DNA from: Eledone cirrhosa
Taxonomy: Eukaryota
NCBI GenBank assembly: GCA_964016885.1
Contig: OZ024743.1
Location: 213,838,001 to 213,902,000 of the forward strand
Direction of reading: 5' to 3'
DNA length: 64,000 bases
Part shown: piece by piece, positions 27,506-39,900 of the stretch
Layout of the letters: every line of letters begins with the position of its first letter
Position numbering within the stretch: position 1 is the first letter of the stretch
Translations under genes and position numbers: made by a program
Notes under the pieces: model-generated
Seen by the model: the letters and a program-made list of their open reading frames with translations, nothing else
Told to the model about the DNA's origin: nothing
The model's database searches: none

Positions 27506-27554
27506 TTGCTCCGAAGAATCCAAACCTCGGTTTGGAGGAAACAATTGTAAGCAA
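27506..27554 (+). ncRNA. hammerhead-like motif with variant core CCGAAGA
   Basis: ttgct-CCGAAGA-a-TCCAAACC-tc-GGTTTGGA-g-GAAAC-aatt-GTA-agcaa. 5-bp stem I, 8-bp stem II, palindromic ACAATTGT stem III. Confidence 0.78.
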
Positions 27555-27610
27555 ATAAATGATTTAAACTGAACTTTGATTATTGTAATCTCTCTCTCTC
27601 TATATATATA

Positions 27611-27738
27611 TATAAAGAAAAAAAGGATGGAATCGAAATGCAACTAGTTGCATTTTCGATTTCATCCTTTTTTCTTTATACTTTCACTCGTGTATGACAC
27701 CTCGGTTAATTTTCATTTTGTAAAAAAACCCTCACTTA

Positions 27739-27741
<3 letters not shown>
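27611..27741 (+). mobile_element. (TA)n-flanked loopless fold-back mini-element
   Basis: Near-perfect palindrome 27611-27680 centred on caactagttg, with an unpaired tail at 27681-27741. Confidence 0.75.
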
Positions 27742-27802
<61 letters not shown>

Positions 27803-28059
27803 AGAGTATTGAAGTTTGATTGAAGCATGGTGGAACAATAAGTAAATATCTTTAAGTCGTTTGGAAGCCTCGACAATGCAAATGGGTAAGTCTCCGGGTA
27901 ACAAGGTCCGGTGGTGGAGAGAGAGATGTAAGTGGGTGTACGTTGAGATGCGTGGTGTGTATAAGATGTGTGAGATGTGTAGAATGAAGGGAAGAGTATA
28001 AAGGATAACAATAAAAATAACAACACAAGAGAGAGTTACCTTGGGAGAGATTTAATAGT

Positions 28060-28095
28060 CCCTATATATTTCGGATTCACATCCATCAACTGGGG
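28060..28095 (-). ncRNA. hammerhead-like motif with variant core CAGUUGA (inverted pseudo-LTR copy)
   Basis: ccc-CAGTTGA-t-GGAT-gtga-ATCC-GAAA-tata-TA-ggg. Confidence 0.65.
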
Positions 28096-28301
28096 TTTTT
28101 TTCCGGGGTGGGGGAAAAGGTTGTCTGTCGGACAAGTCCGGAACGCGTCTTTCGCTGTTTGTTGTTTTGAATATCTGAGGTATTCGGCATGAATATCTGA
28201 GGTATTCGGCATGCCCACCAACCACGAACTCGACACTAAACTCATCAGGCTAAAACACTCCATCTCGGATATACTTCACAAACACACACACACACGCAAA
28301 A

Positions 28302-30029
28302 CACAACCTCACCAAATCTCAACTCACCACTCTCTCCAACCTAAAATCGAAGAACCTCATCTATCTCCCCTCCGACAAGGGAAGAGAATTCTGCGTCATC
28401 AGCAGAGAGGCCTACAACACCCTGGCCCTCCAACACCTTGACGATGACAACCTCTACTCCAAGGTCACGGGAATCACTCCCGCGCAGATAGAAGAACACA
28501 TCAACTCCGCCTGGACCAACATCTGCGACCGGCGGAAGCTCCCGAAGAAGCTGAGATACAACCTCCTCACGAGGAACAGCAGACTACCCGCCTTCTACCA
28601 CCTCGTGAAAACAAACAAACAGGGACCCGACCTGAAAATCAGGCCCATCGTATCGAGCGTGGAGGGACCACTCTACAAAATTTCATGGCTCCTAGCCAGA
28701 ATACTCAAACCCATCTTAGACACCTTGCCGGGACACGTTAACAGCTCCGAGGAGGTATTGAAGCGCCTGCATCAAATGGATCCCGACACCAGAAGGAATA
28801 ACAGATATGCCTTCAGCCTTGATGTAGTCGCTCTCTACACCTCGGTCCCGGCACTCCCGGCCGTCAATATACTAATGGAACGCGTCCAATCCACCGACCT
28901 ACACTGCTTCTGGCTCACCACCACTGACATCCACCAACTCCTATCCATCGTCGTCGACAACACCTACTTCGGATTCCTTGACCAAATATACCAACAAACC
29001 TCGGGATTGCCCATGGGATCAAGCCTATCAGGTGTGCTAGCGATCTCCTACATGGACAACCTCGAATGCAAGGCACTCAACGCCTGCCACCTCAACGCCG
29101 TAGCCTTTTTCTCAAGATACGTGGACGATATCCTCATCCTCACATCTTCCCAAGACACGGCGAACAGAATCTATGAGACGTTCAACAACACGGACGAGAA
29201 CATTGACTTCAGTGTTGAACACCCCAACGAAGACGGATCACTTGCCCTCCTCGTCTTCCGAATCAACATCACGGAACAAGGAGGGATCCACTGCAACTTC
29301 TACAGAAAGGCAGCCTGCAGGGACCTATTCATTCACTACAAGTCTGCCCTCCCTAACAGTACCAAAAGAGGATATATCACGAACGAGATCGCGCGAATCA
29401 AAAACAGATGCAGCGATCCCGCGAGTGGTGTCACTCATACCAAGCGATTCCTCGAGGTGCTGGAGACGAACGGGTACCCTACCTCGATCACAGACAGAAT
29501 AGGAGACACCAGACGCAAGAGTCAGAGAAGCACCCAAGGCAAGTGCTTCCTTAAAATGCCACATCTGGGCGAGAAAACCACCAACGCTATCCGCAAGGCT
29601 ATACGGAGGGAGGGCCTCGACATCCACCTGGCCCACTCGGGCCCTTCCCTGCGGAGATGCCTCTCCAGGAAACCCGAAAAATCTACTGACGCGTGCTCCC
29701 TCAGAGACTGCCCGATACGCCATGCTAACTGTTGCCTACGCACATACGTCGAGTATAAGATAGAATGTGACAGGTGCAACCAATACTACATAGGTAGCAC
29801 AATTCGACCTTTGCACATCCGGATCAAGGAACACACTAAAACCAGGGCCTCGTCTTTCCGGAAACACATAGACAAATGCGGAAACAAAGACGGAAGGCCC
29901 ATTGTCACAATTCTAGCGACTGAAAGAAACGTCGGCACGTTACGTATCAAGGAAGCGCTTTTTATCAAACGACTGCAACCGCAAATAAACAACCGATCAG
30001 AGAGAAGCGAAATGAAATGGCTGGTTTAA
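28302..30029 (+). CDS. PLE reverse transcriptase + GIY-YIG endonuclease (5'-truncated; frameshift in the upstream CA run)
   Basis: Open frame from HNLTKSQLTTLSNLKSKNLIYLPSDKG through RPIVS, FSLDVVALYTSV, GLPMGSSLS, RYVDD and VEYKIECDRCNQYYIGST.R.L..R..EH to EALFI...P.IN. Confidence 0.9.
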   Translation, partial: HNLTKSQLTTLSNLKSKNLIYLPSDKGREFCVISREAYNTLALQHLDDDNLYSKVTGITPAQIEEHINSAWTNICDRRKLPKKLRYNLLTRNSRLPAFYHLVKTNKQGPDLKIRPIVSSVEGPLYKISWLLARILKPILDTLPGHVNSSEEVLKRLHQMDPDTRRNNRYAFSLDVVALYTSVPALPAVNILMERVQSTDLHCFWLTTTDIHQLLSIVVDNTYFGFLDQIYQQTSGLPMGSSLSGVLAISYMDNLECKALNACHLNAVAFFSRYVDDILILTSSQDTANRIYETFNNTDENIDFSVEHPNEDGSLALLVFRINITEQGGIHCNFYRKAACRDLFIHYKSALPNSTKRGYITNEIARIKNRCSDPASGVTHTKRFLEVLETNGYPTSITDRIGDTRRKSQRSTQGKCFLKMPHLGEKTTNAIRKAIRREGLDIHLAHSGPSLRRCLSRKPEKSTDACSLRDCPIRHANCCLRTYVEYKIECDRCNQYYIGSTIRPLHIRIKEHTKTRASSFRKHIDKCGNKDGRPIVTILATERNVGTLRIKEALFIKRLQPQINNRSERSEMKWLV

Positions 30030-30426
30030 GTTAACAAGCGATGCAACAACACACAACACACGCACACACACGCAAACGAGACAACTACACACGCGCACGC
30101 ACACACACACAGTAGCATTCCACCATACGAACATACTACACTGCCAATACAAATGAACAAGGCAACAACACACACACACTCATGCGAGACAACAACACAC
30201 GCACACACACACACACACACAGTAACATTTAACAAACAGGCAGAGAATGGACTGACAGCTAGCGCCATCCCACTCCCTCACTCGGCCGCTGACCTCTGTA
30301 CGACCGACCCCATTTCACGCGTACGCGCGCTCTGCCGAATACCTCAGATATTCAAAACAACAAACAGCGAAAGACGCGTTCCGGACTTGTCCGACAGACA
30401 ACCTTTTCCCCCACCCCGGAAAAAAA

Positions 30427-30462
30427 CCCCAGTTGATGGATGCGAATCCGAAATATATCGGG
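30427..30462 (+). ncRNA. hammerhead-like motif with variant core CAGUUGA (3' pseudo-LTR copy)
   Basis: ccc-CAGTTGA-t-GGAT-gcga-ATCC-GAAA-tata-TC-ggg, with palindromic ATATAT stem III. Confidence 0.7.
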
Positions 30463-30669
30463 ACTATTAAATCTCTCCCAAGGTAACTCTCTCTTGTGTT
30501 GTTATTTTTATTTTTATCCTGTATATTCTTCCCTCATTCTACACATCTCACACATCTTATACATACCACGCATCTCAACGTACACCCACTTACATCTCTC
30601 TCTCCACCACCGGACCTTGTTACCCAGAGATTTACCCATTTGCATTGTCGAGGCTTCCAAACGACTTAA

Positions 30670-30708
<39 letters not shown>

Positions 30709-30724
30709 TTTATATATATATATG

Positions 30725-30776
<52 letters not shown>

Positions 30777-30785
30777 CACACACAT

Positions 30786-30845
<60 letters not shown>

Positions 30846-30848
<3 letters not shown>

Positions 30849-31445
30849 TGCTGCCAACTCGTTTTCGAGTACGGCCTCTACCTTATATCAATGTAGGAGA
30901 ACCCCTACCGTTGCGCTGAACGAGTGTGACATTTTAGTCCAGCCAGCGACTTGAAAACTCTGGTACAAACACTACACTTGTGACAATTATTGACACATAG
31001 TGCTGGGCCCTTGGTAGCATGTGACCACAAGTGCAGAAAGATCTAAAGCAATGCCTGATATAAAGCAATGCCTGTGCCGTGAACCTTTTATAGTGAGCAA
31101 AGGCACTGCACAAAGCCAGTCCCACTCTCTTAACCAAGATGATATTTACCAAAAAGAAGAACAAGTCAACATCATTGGATACACATCAGGATTGCAGGTG
31201 TTATATCAGAGTTTTCCTTCTCCTTGAATTCTGCCTTGACAAAGGCTAAGGGGTCATCTCTCTCTGTGATTTTGGATGGCCATTGACTCTTAAGAGCTCC
31301 TTTGCCCTTTAACAGGTTTTGTTTTTAGTCCTGCAGGATGTCCAAAGTCACCCCCCTCACCAAGAAACGTTGGTGGGTTTGCCAGTTTAGTCGCCAACGA
31401 CCCGACCATGAGACAGGTTGTACTGGGATACATGTTACCAGTAGC
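30846..31445 (-). mobile_element. ~600-bp non-autonomous (TA)n-inserted element, copy 1
   Basis: Reverse complement of 35517-36108. (TA)n on both sides, no TIRs, no credible ORF. Confidence 0.85.
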
Positions 31446-31779
31446 ATATATATATATATACATACATACATACACACACACCCATATATATATATATCTA
31501 TATATATTTTAAAAAATAGAGGTGTAACACACGAGTTTTGATATATTAGTAAAAGGATAAGAAAATGCTGACAAATTTTTCCCAGTGAAAAATAGTTTAA
31601 TTAGGAATAAGTATAAATTAGTAATAAGTATTGGTTAGTATTCACTTTTAGTTTTACGTTTTTACCGGTTGCGCATTTCTAATGCTTTTCAAAAATAATT
31701 TTAGGATAGAGCGCTCGTGATGTTTGCTCTAATCTGATTAGAACATAGGAAGTGTTTAAAACATTTAACGTTACTGCAT

Positions 31780-32100
31780 CGTTACTCCAAAGGGTTTGTA
31801 GAGTAACGTTACTCGATAGAGTGCGTTGTTCGGAGATCAGAGAGTCACTCCAAGTAGAGCCGCTCTTTACCCGAATTGAGAGATCACATCTTTGATACCA
31901 TGGGCATGTCGTTAGCGTGTCTTAGGAAAGAATCACTGGACAGATTTTACTTGAAAATCGACTGGCACGGGTTGAGCCCGAGCAAGATGGTTGGATAACA
32001 TCCATGAGTTTGGTTGGTCACGCTTGGGTATTCAGCTGGATCATTTGGAGACGGTTGTTTCTGAGAGGATCCACTGGAATTATTTTATTTCACGTTGCTC
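31780..32100 (+). pseudogene. decayed RTE-clade LINE 3' fragment
   Basis: LLQRVCRVTLLDRVRCSEIRESLQVEPLFTRIERSHL*YHGHV. Related to 58200-58570. Confidence 0.7.
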
Positions 32101-33180
32101 CGTCAGTCAGGTGTTAATACAGTTGATCATCTTTGCAATGTAAAGGTCAATGTAATTTTTCTTTCCTTCGTCGGCTCTGAGCGATGAATAGTTGCGGACA
32201 TGGGAGTTATGAGAGTAACGTATAATCAAAGAACAGGAACAATAAAAACCAAAGATTAGAAGATTTTAAGTTAAGCGTATGTTTCAATAACATAGGAAAG
32301 AATGATAAAATATGGGATAATACAATGAAGGTATAGCAACTAAAGTGAAAACCAGGATAAAAAGCTACCTGGCATAATCTTCCATTTAGCATGCATGTAT
32401 TGTCCAACTTAATTAAAATAATCTATGATAAGCTACAGAAACAATTCTCTCTTTCGCACAGATACAACAGAATAATAAACAAACAGTTTGGTTATTGGAA
32501 AATACCTAACTTAGCAGTTCATACAATATTTAGTAACCATTGGAAATTGAATATATATGTACTTAATTGTAATGACATCTCAAAATCCAGTAATTAAGTA
32601 GTCTCTAATTACGTACATAATCCGTTAGTGTAGTCTCTTATACTATAGATAAGCTTCACTCCCTCCGAGAGTCTCTTTGCATGACAATCAGTAACATTTC
32701 GTAAAGACTAAAAGTGAATGTAAAGTATCAACTGAAAACGAAAACAAATTTCAAATTTCATATTTCAAACTATTATAAAGAAAAACTTACCTTCATGTGA
32801 AACGAACATAGAACAAAACAACATCATTTGCAGAATTATATCTGGTTCATCATGTATATAATAAGAACGAGTGGGAATAGCATTTATGTTTTCTTAAACA
32901 TTTCATTTTGTAATAAACGTCTTTTAAATCGGCGAGCAGACATTTATATTGTTAACATAATATTCTTTAAATAAGTGATTTTACAGACATTACAGTCATA
33001 TCCCATGTAATAAGAAATAAAATACATTTTCAAATCGCATTATTCCAATAAAATAATTGTAAAAATATACCTATAATTACAACCATATAATTAATTCTAT
33101 TGATTAACACAATAACTGAAATATTCTTTGCATTAACTAGGTTAATACATTATTGTTTTCTGTTGACATCAAACTATAAT

Positions 33181-33373
33181 AGGCACAAGGCTAGCAATGT
33201 TGAGGAGGGGAAAATCAATTAAATCGCTCCCCATACGTTACTGGTGCTTTATTTTATTGACCTCGTAAGGATGAAAGGCAAAGTTAATCGTGGTGAGATT
33301 TGAACTCAGAAAGGGCCATAGCCCACAAAACATGTTGTCCGATGCTCTACCGTTACTTCCAATCCAGTACCCT
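33181..33373 (-). mobile_element. tRNA-derived SINE, diverged copy
   Basis: aggcacaaggc...tgacctcgtaaggatgaaaggcaaagttaa...atttgaactcaga, flanked by tataat on both sides. Confidence 0.8.
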
Positions 33374-34835
33374 TATAATGCTAGTCCACCATAATACTCT
33401 TTCCCTTATTAAAATTAAGTCCATACATTTTTGTTCTCGATTTATTGTTAACCTTTTGCTATTCAATACAATATTATAAGATATAATACACATTATATTG
33501 TGTTATTTTAATTGCAGAGATCCTATTGACTGTATGTGTGCGAACTACACCGCGATTGCTTTTATAACGACCTCGTTGTTATAGCGAAATCATTTGTTAA
33601 ATTTCCCTGAAGAAGTAAACATAATCTGAGTCACATGACATACTTAATAAAAGACATGGTGCAAGTATGTCTAACGAAACAAATGTAAAAAATGAATTGA
33701 CGTAACTCCATCCCTGCTTTTTTCTATGAGTATCTTCTTTGTATATGTATATATGTAAGTAGATTATTCATTTTCTAAGCTATTGCTCACGACAACAAAG
33801 CTAAACTTTACTATAAAAGGTTTACACAATTTTACTTGGTTTCAAATGGTCTAGGCAGGTATCACGTGAATAGACTTTCAATAAAGGAGTGAAATGTCTC
33901 TATTCAAAGTTTGATCTATGATTTCAAATATTGCAGATTATACAATAATCACAGACGAGCTGAATGGACAAATAAATGCTTCATTGTTCGTGTATGAAGA
34001 AGTGTGAAGCATCTGTAATAGTTGGTTGCGGAATGTAGCTGCTACGGTATGCCAAAACCAGTAATTACTTCAGAAAAATCGATACAGTGACGTTCTACCC
34101 GTGCAAGTCTCTATTATATTAGATATATATCTAAATAAGTTCAGTAAATACAATAGAGTTATGTTCATAGAATACTGCCTAGAATCCATTCATTATGAGG
34201 CCCGCATTATGAGATTGTTACTGAACATGATTGAATTGAAAAGAAAATATGATGGAAATTCTCTATCAAATTAAGCTAAACCGAAAATCTATAGTATTAA
34301 GCAATTTTAACTTTAAAAGCCCTCCCTAGAAATCAAAGACTTCCTTAAGAGCTGCGAGAGAATTTAATTAAAATTATTGAAACTTATAACTAGATACATA
34401 TATATCTTTAATAAATCCATTAGCTATTATCTTTAATGTGCCATTCAGTTTTCTTCAGCAACAGATTAGAGACATCAGAGTAATGTTTCAACACTCTTTT
34501 ATATATTGTTTTGTTTTACGTTTCCATACCAACTTAATTATACACCGAGGAGCCTCATTGTAGCACATCTAATATTTTAGTTGAAAGTTGTGGAAGAGCT
34601 TTCAATAGCGTATGAATTGATTTAACATTAATTTAAGAACAATGCCGCATTTTGCAGCAAAGTCTGTGTGGTAGATTGCGTTCATCACCATTTATAACTG
34701 GTACTTATTTCATAAACACTAGAAACACTTAAAGTAACTCGGCATAGTTTTCCTAATGTATATCCTCCTCTATTTTCTCAACCGAAGGATACATATAGTG
34801 TAAGATACTTACACAGAAACGCACACAGTTATATA

Positions 34836-34950
34836 TACGAAGTTGGCTGAACATTTCTAAGGTTGACTATGAAGGATTGATGCTAGGGCTGTGAAATCTT
34901 ACATGCATTAATTTTTAACACTTCTTAATAATAACTGCATTCTTTCTTTC
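34836..34950. mobile_element. mariner-type MITE end, same family as 4570-4735
   Basis: tacgaagttggctgaacatttctaaggttgac terminus, with internal match to 4652-4733. Confidence 0.5.
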
Positions 34951-35307
34951 CTCTTTCCATGAGAGTTCAATCTATATGGTAGCTGTTGATTGTGTGTGTG
35001 TGTGTGTGTGTGGCTGCGTCTGTGTGAGTGTGTGTGTTAGATATCCAAACAATTGTAATATGCTAATAAAGTGTGTACACATGCTGCAACACTGAATTTG
35101 ATTCTACTTTATACACACACACAAACGCCCCCCCCCCCCCCATATATATACATATAACTATATATATTAGCAAATATGTTTACATTACCAACTCTTTAAA
35201 ACATTCATTCAAATATCTATTGAATGAAAACACCAACATTTTAGGTATTGCGAAAAGTTTATTTTGTGAACAAAAACGTGGCAATGAAGTCGATGTTTCA
35301 GTTTAGT

Positions 35308-36108
<801 letters not shown>

Positions 36109-36273
36109 ATATATATATATATATATATATGTACACACATAGACACACACACACATATTCTTATATACAAATATATACTCACTTATATATTATGAAATAC
36201 TGTTGGCTTCCTGCTCACATTAATTTCTCTATTTTCATTTATATATATATATATACACATACACCCACCCACC

Positions 36274-36314
<41 letters not shown>

Positions 36315-36315
36315 G

Positions 36316-36423
<108 letters not shown>

Positions 36424-36943
36424 CATATATATTTATACACACTATAAAGTGCGTTAAGAATGAATTGATGATAACATTTCATATATTCTTAATCAGATGT
36501 CTATTGTTAGAAGGCTGTTGAAGTTGAAGTTGAATTGTATAATCAGCATACATTATTGCAAAATATTTGCTCCGTGATGAAAATATGGAATTGTAATTTA
36601 CAATTAATAAAACTATTTCCTCTAACTATTTATCAGTGAGTTTCTAATTATCATTTGTTGGTCCTGTTACACGTATATACATCCATACATCCATATATCC
36701 ATACATCCATACACAGAGATATCTATATATACGTATAACATATAAAACACACAAATTTTTGTTTTCAATGCATTTAATTGCTGCCGATCGTTTCTTCCAG
36801 ACATTTCTGCTCTGTAAAAAAATCTAATATTTTACATTGAGTTCATTTTCACACTAGTAATTGGGTAATACAAAATATTACCCTTTCTTATTTATATTTG
36901 CATATAGATTATACATATGAGTATACATATTGTTATTATTAAT

Positions 36944-39900
36944 GTTGTTTGAGTCTCAGTCATTGATGTTATTTAACTGGAAAGTTTGTTGAAATGAATA
37001 TCAAGCCGCTACCTGCAGCCTAAGATATTCAGGAGGTATCGGAGGGTTCTTGCTGTTCCCAGCAAGCATGCCTTTTGAAGTGTTCCAAAAACGGGACTGG
37101 ACTAATCTCAGAATGTGGTAAATTGTTTACTTTGCATAGATGCCAGTGGATGACGCTGCCTATCACATCATGCCGCCAGCCTTTATAGTGAGTCTGGGCT
37201 AGGTGTTTACACTCGGATACAATGTGAGCCACAGTCTCCTCTCTCTCTCCACAGATCCTACACAGTGAGCTAGCTTCCTCCTTGTCAATATGGTGTTTCA
37301 CCCACTTCGTCCTGAGGGCTTGGTCTTGCGCAACCATTAGAATTCCTTCTGTAGCCTTTTTAAGGTCTCCTCTTTTTAACCAGTTCCATGTCTATGGATA
37401 TCTAAATTAAGTTTTCTTAAAGGAAGTACTATGAAGGGATTTTTCATGAAGGTTGCTCTTCCTCCTTGTTGTTTTATCCCTGGACATCCCCTGGTCTATT
37501 GTCTTCTCCTTCAGTACAATTTTGAGCATTGGCTCCCTAATGTCAGTCACGTATTTGTGCAGGTTGCTTTTCTCCATCTGAACACAGTCTTCTATGCTAA
37601 TATAACCTCTTTCACCTTCAGATCTCTTTAAGTAGAGTCTATCGAAATCACTCCTCTTGTGGAACATGTTGTAGATAGTCAATAGCTTCCTTGTCTTCCT
37701 ACCATTTCTTTTTGTTCAGCAACATTTCATTTCCAGAATTCCCGCACTGTACCTAATAATAGACACAGCTCGGGAAGTCACTGCACTTATGACATTCCTA
37801 CTATTTAGACGCGTTTTAATACGCTCCTTACTCTCCTTATGTACTCAGATCTCATCAATTGTTTCATTTTTTTTGTTCTTGATGTTATCTGCCTCCAGAA
37901 CACCTAAATATGTGTATCCTTCTTCAGTGTCAATTTCCTTTATCATCTCACCTGTTGGTCTCTGGATTCCGTTGCTTCTGCTCAATTTACCCCTCTTCAT
38001 CACAAGGACTCCACACTTATTAATACCAAATTACATACATATATCATTGCTGAAAATACGGACATCCAACTCCTTCTCACTCTTCCCTAAGAGTTTAAGA
38101 TCCTCCATGAAGAGGAGGTGGTTGATGGCAAGCTCTTCTTTTCCCAACTTGTATCTTGCTCTCACGTTTTGCAATATAACGGTCAGGGGTATCAGGGCAA
38201 GGACAAACAGCAGCGGGGACAAACTATCTCCTTGGAAGATACCTATCTTGCTCTTCACGCCTCCCAAGCATTCTCCACCCGATGGTAACTCTGTTTCCCA
38301 GGACTTCATACTTTTGCTCAACAACTGTCTGATGTTATCTGCCACCTCGAAGATCTCTAGGATTTTGGTTATCCAAGAAGGAGGTACCATGTCGAATGCC
38401 TTTTTGTAATCTATCCACCCCATGGCAAGACCAGTGTGTCTTCTCTTGCAATTCCTCATTATCATGTTATCAATAAGTAACTGGTCTTTTGTACCACGGG
38501 ACTTCTTTCGGCATCCTTTCTGTTCGTCCGGTAACAAGTTATTTATGTGGAGGTGATGGTAGATTTCCTCAGACACGATGCTTGTTAACAGTTTCCACAT
38601 TACGGACAGACATGCGATAGGCCTATAGTTGGTAACATCATTACCCTTGATTCGGTCTCTCATTACCACAACTGTGGTACCTTTTGTCAACGACTCTGGT
38701 ACCTCAGCCGACAACAAGCAGTCATTGAACATGGTTGTAAGTTTCGGGTGGAGAGATGTTATATTTTTAATCCAATACCCCTGCAGACCATCTGCGCCTG
38801 GTGATTTCCAGTTGGTTAGATTTTTGGCCTGCTCTTTAAGAGTTTCAACTGTGATACTCAAATCAGGTTTGTTGGTGTGCTTGTTCCCTAATCTCCTTTT
38901 GAGCTGTCTCAATCCACACTGCCTGACTATTATGTTCAACATCCTGCTCCCAAATTCCTCTCCAGAATGTCTTAGTCTGTTCCGCCTCAGGGATCAAGTC
39001 GTTGCCTCTTTTCTTCCCTTCAAGCTGTCCAAACAACACCTTCTGGCTGTCGTCAAACATGCGGTTCTATCTATACTGACTGACTCTGTTCTCATACCGC
39101 CTAATATTTGCACGTTTTGCTACAATGCGTTGCATCAGTTCCTCTATGATAATATTTAGATTTTCCCTCCTAGTTTTGTAATTTATTTCCAATCTATCTT
39201 TAGTGTCTATGCTTTGTAATGTCCCATTCTATAAGGACTCAAGCTTTCCAATGTCTTTTCTCATTTCCCGTGATTTGACCATTCAGTCGTTTCTTCCACC
39301 AAGGTTCTGATCTTTCTTGTTTGTTGTTTCCTCTCGTTTTTATGCCAACTAATTTCCTCACTGCATTTGCTGTTGCTTTGAGGATATTGTTGCATTGGTG
39401 AAGGTTCCTCGCCTCAAGGTATGGGATGACTTTGTTTACCTTAGCTGTTGTTTCTTTTAACTTTTTCCTGTCTACAAATCTTAGGTTCATAGGTTTTCCA
39501 CTATGATTGTTCATATCATCTCCAACCTAGTTCAGGATATCAACCAAATCTTGTCCTAGCCCGTCAGCATTCATTTCCTCAATGGCCGTATCTTTGTTCC
39601 AGATGTTATTTATTTCAGCATTCAGATCACTGTCTGCTTCGGATGCTTCCTCAGGTTTCTCAACCTCTTCACCTTCATTTCCCACTGGCTCGTTTGCCTG
39701 ACATACTCCACTCTCCATTTCCAACTTAATCTTTCTGCTCAGTTCCTCCAGTTCCTGCTCGCTTATTCATCCATTAGTTCTTATTAGCCGAGCCTGCCCG
39801 GCCAATTTTTGTTCATCTAATTTAAATAGACCAATCTCGATCCAGATGTTATGCATCCGTTTCCTATATCCCTTTTCCATGGGGTTACACTTCAGGTAAC

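Larger units (their letters stand above)
23495..27590 (+). mobile_element. 5'-truncated Naiad-type Penelope-like element with ~1.9-kb 3' region
   Basis: Begins after a TA run and ends at (CT)n(TA)n. Contains an RT + GIY-YIG reading frame and a terminal HHR-like motif. Confidence 0.82.
27801..30671 (+). mobile_element. Penelope/Poseidon-type PLE with inverted 5' pseudo-LTR, inserted in (TA)n
   Basis: 27846-28189 is a near-identical reverse complement of 30334-30674. An RT-EN ORF lies between them and (TA)n is on both sides. Confidence 0.93.

Noticed and set aside
25250-27590. Selenocysteine recoding / SECIS in the Naiad element
   Set aside because: All endonuclease Cys codons are TGT/TGC and the corrected frame has no in-frame TGA.
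32783-32850. Minus-strand GAAG/GTAAGT splice donor
   Set aside because: Isolated consensus match with no convincing acceptor or coding signal.
38860-38875. Apparent frameshift shared by Dong copies B and D
   Set aside because: On re-reading, B and D are in frame here (HQQTDLSITVE). Copy A has the extra base, so it is not a shared lesion.
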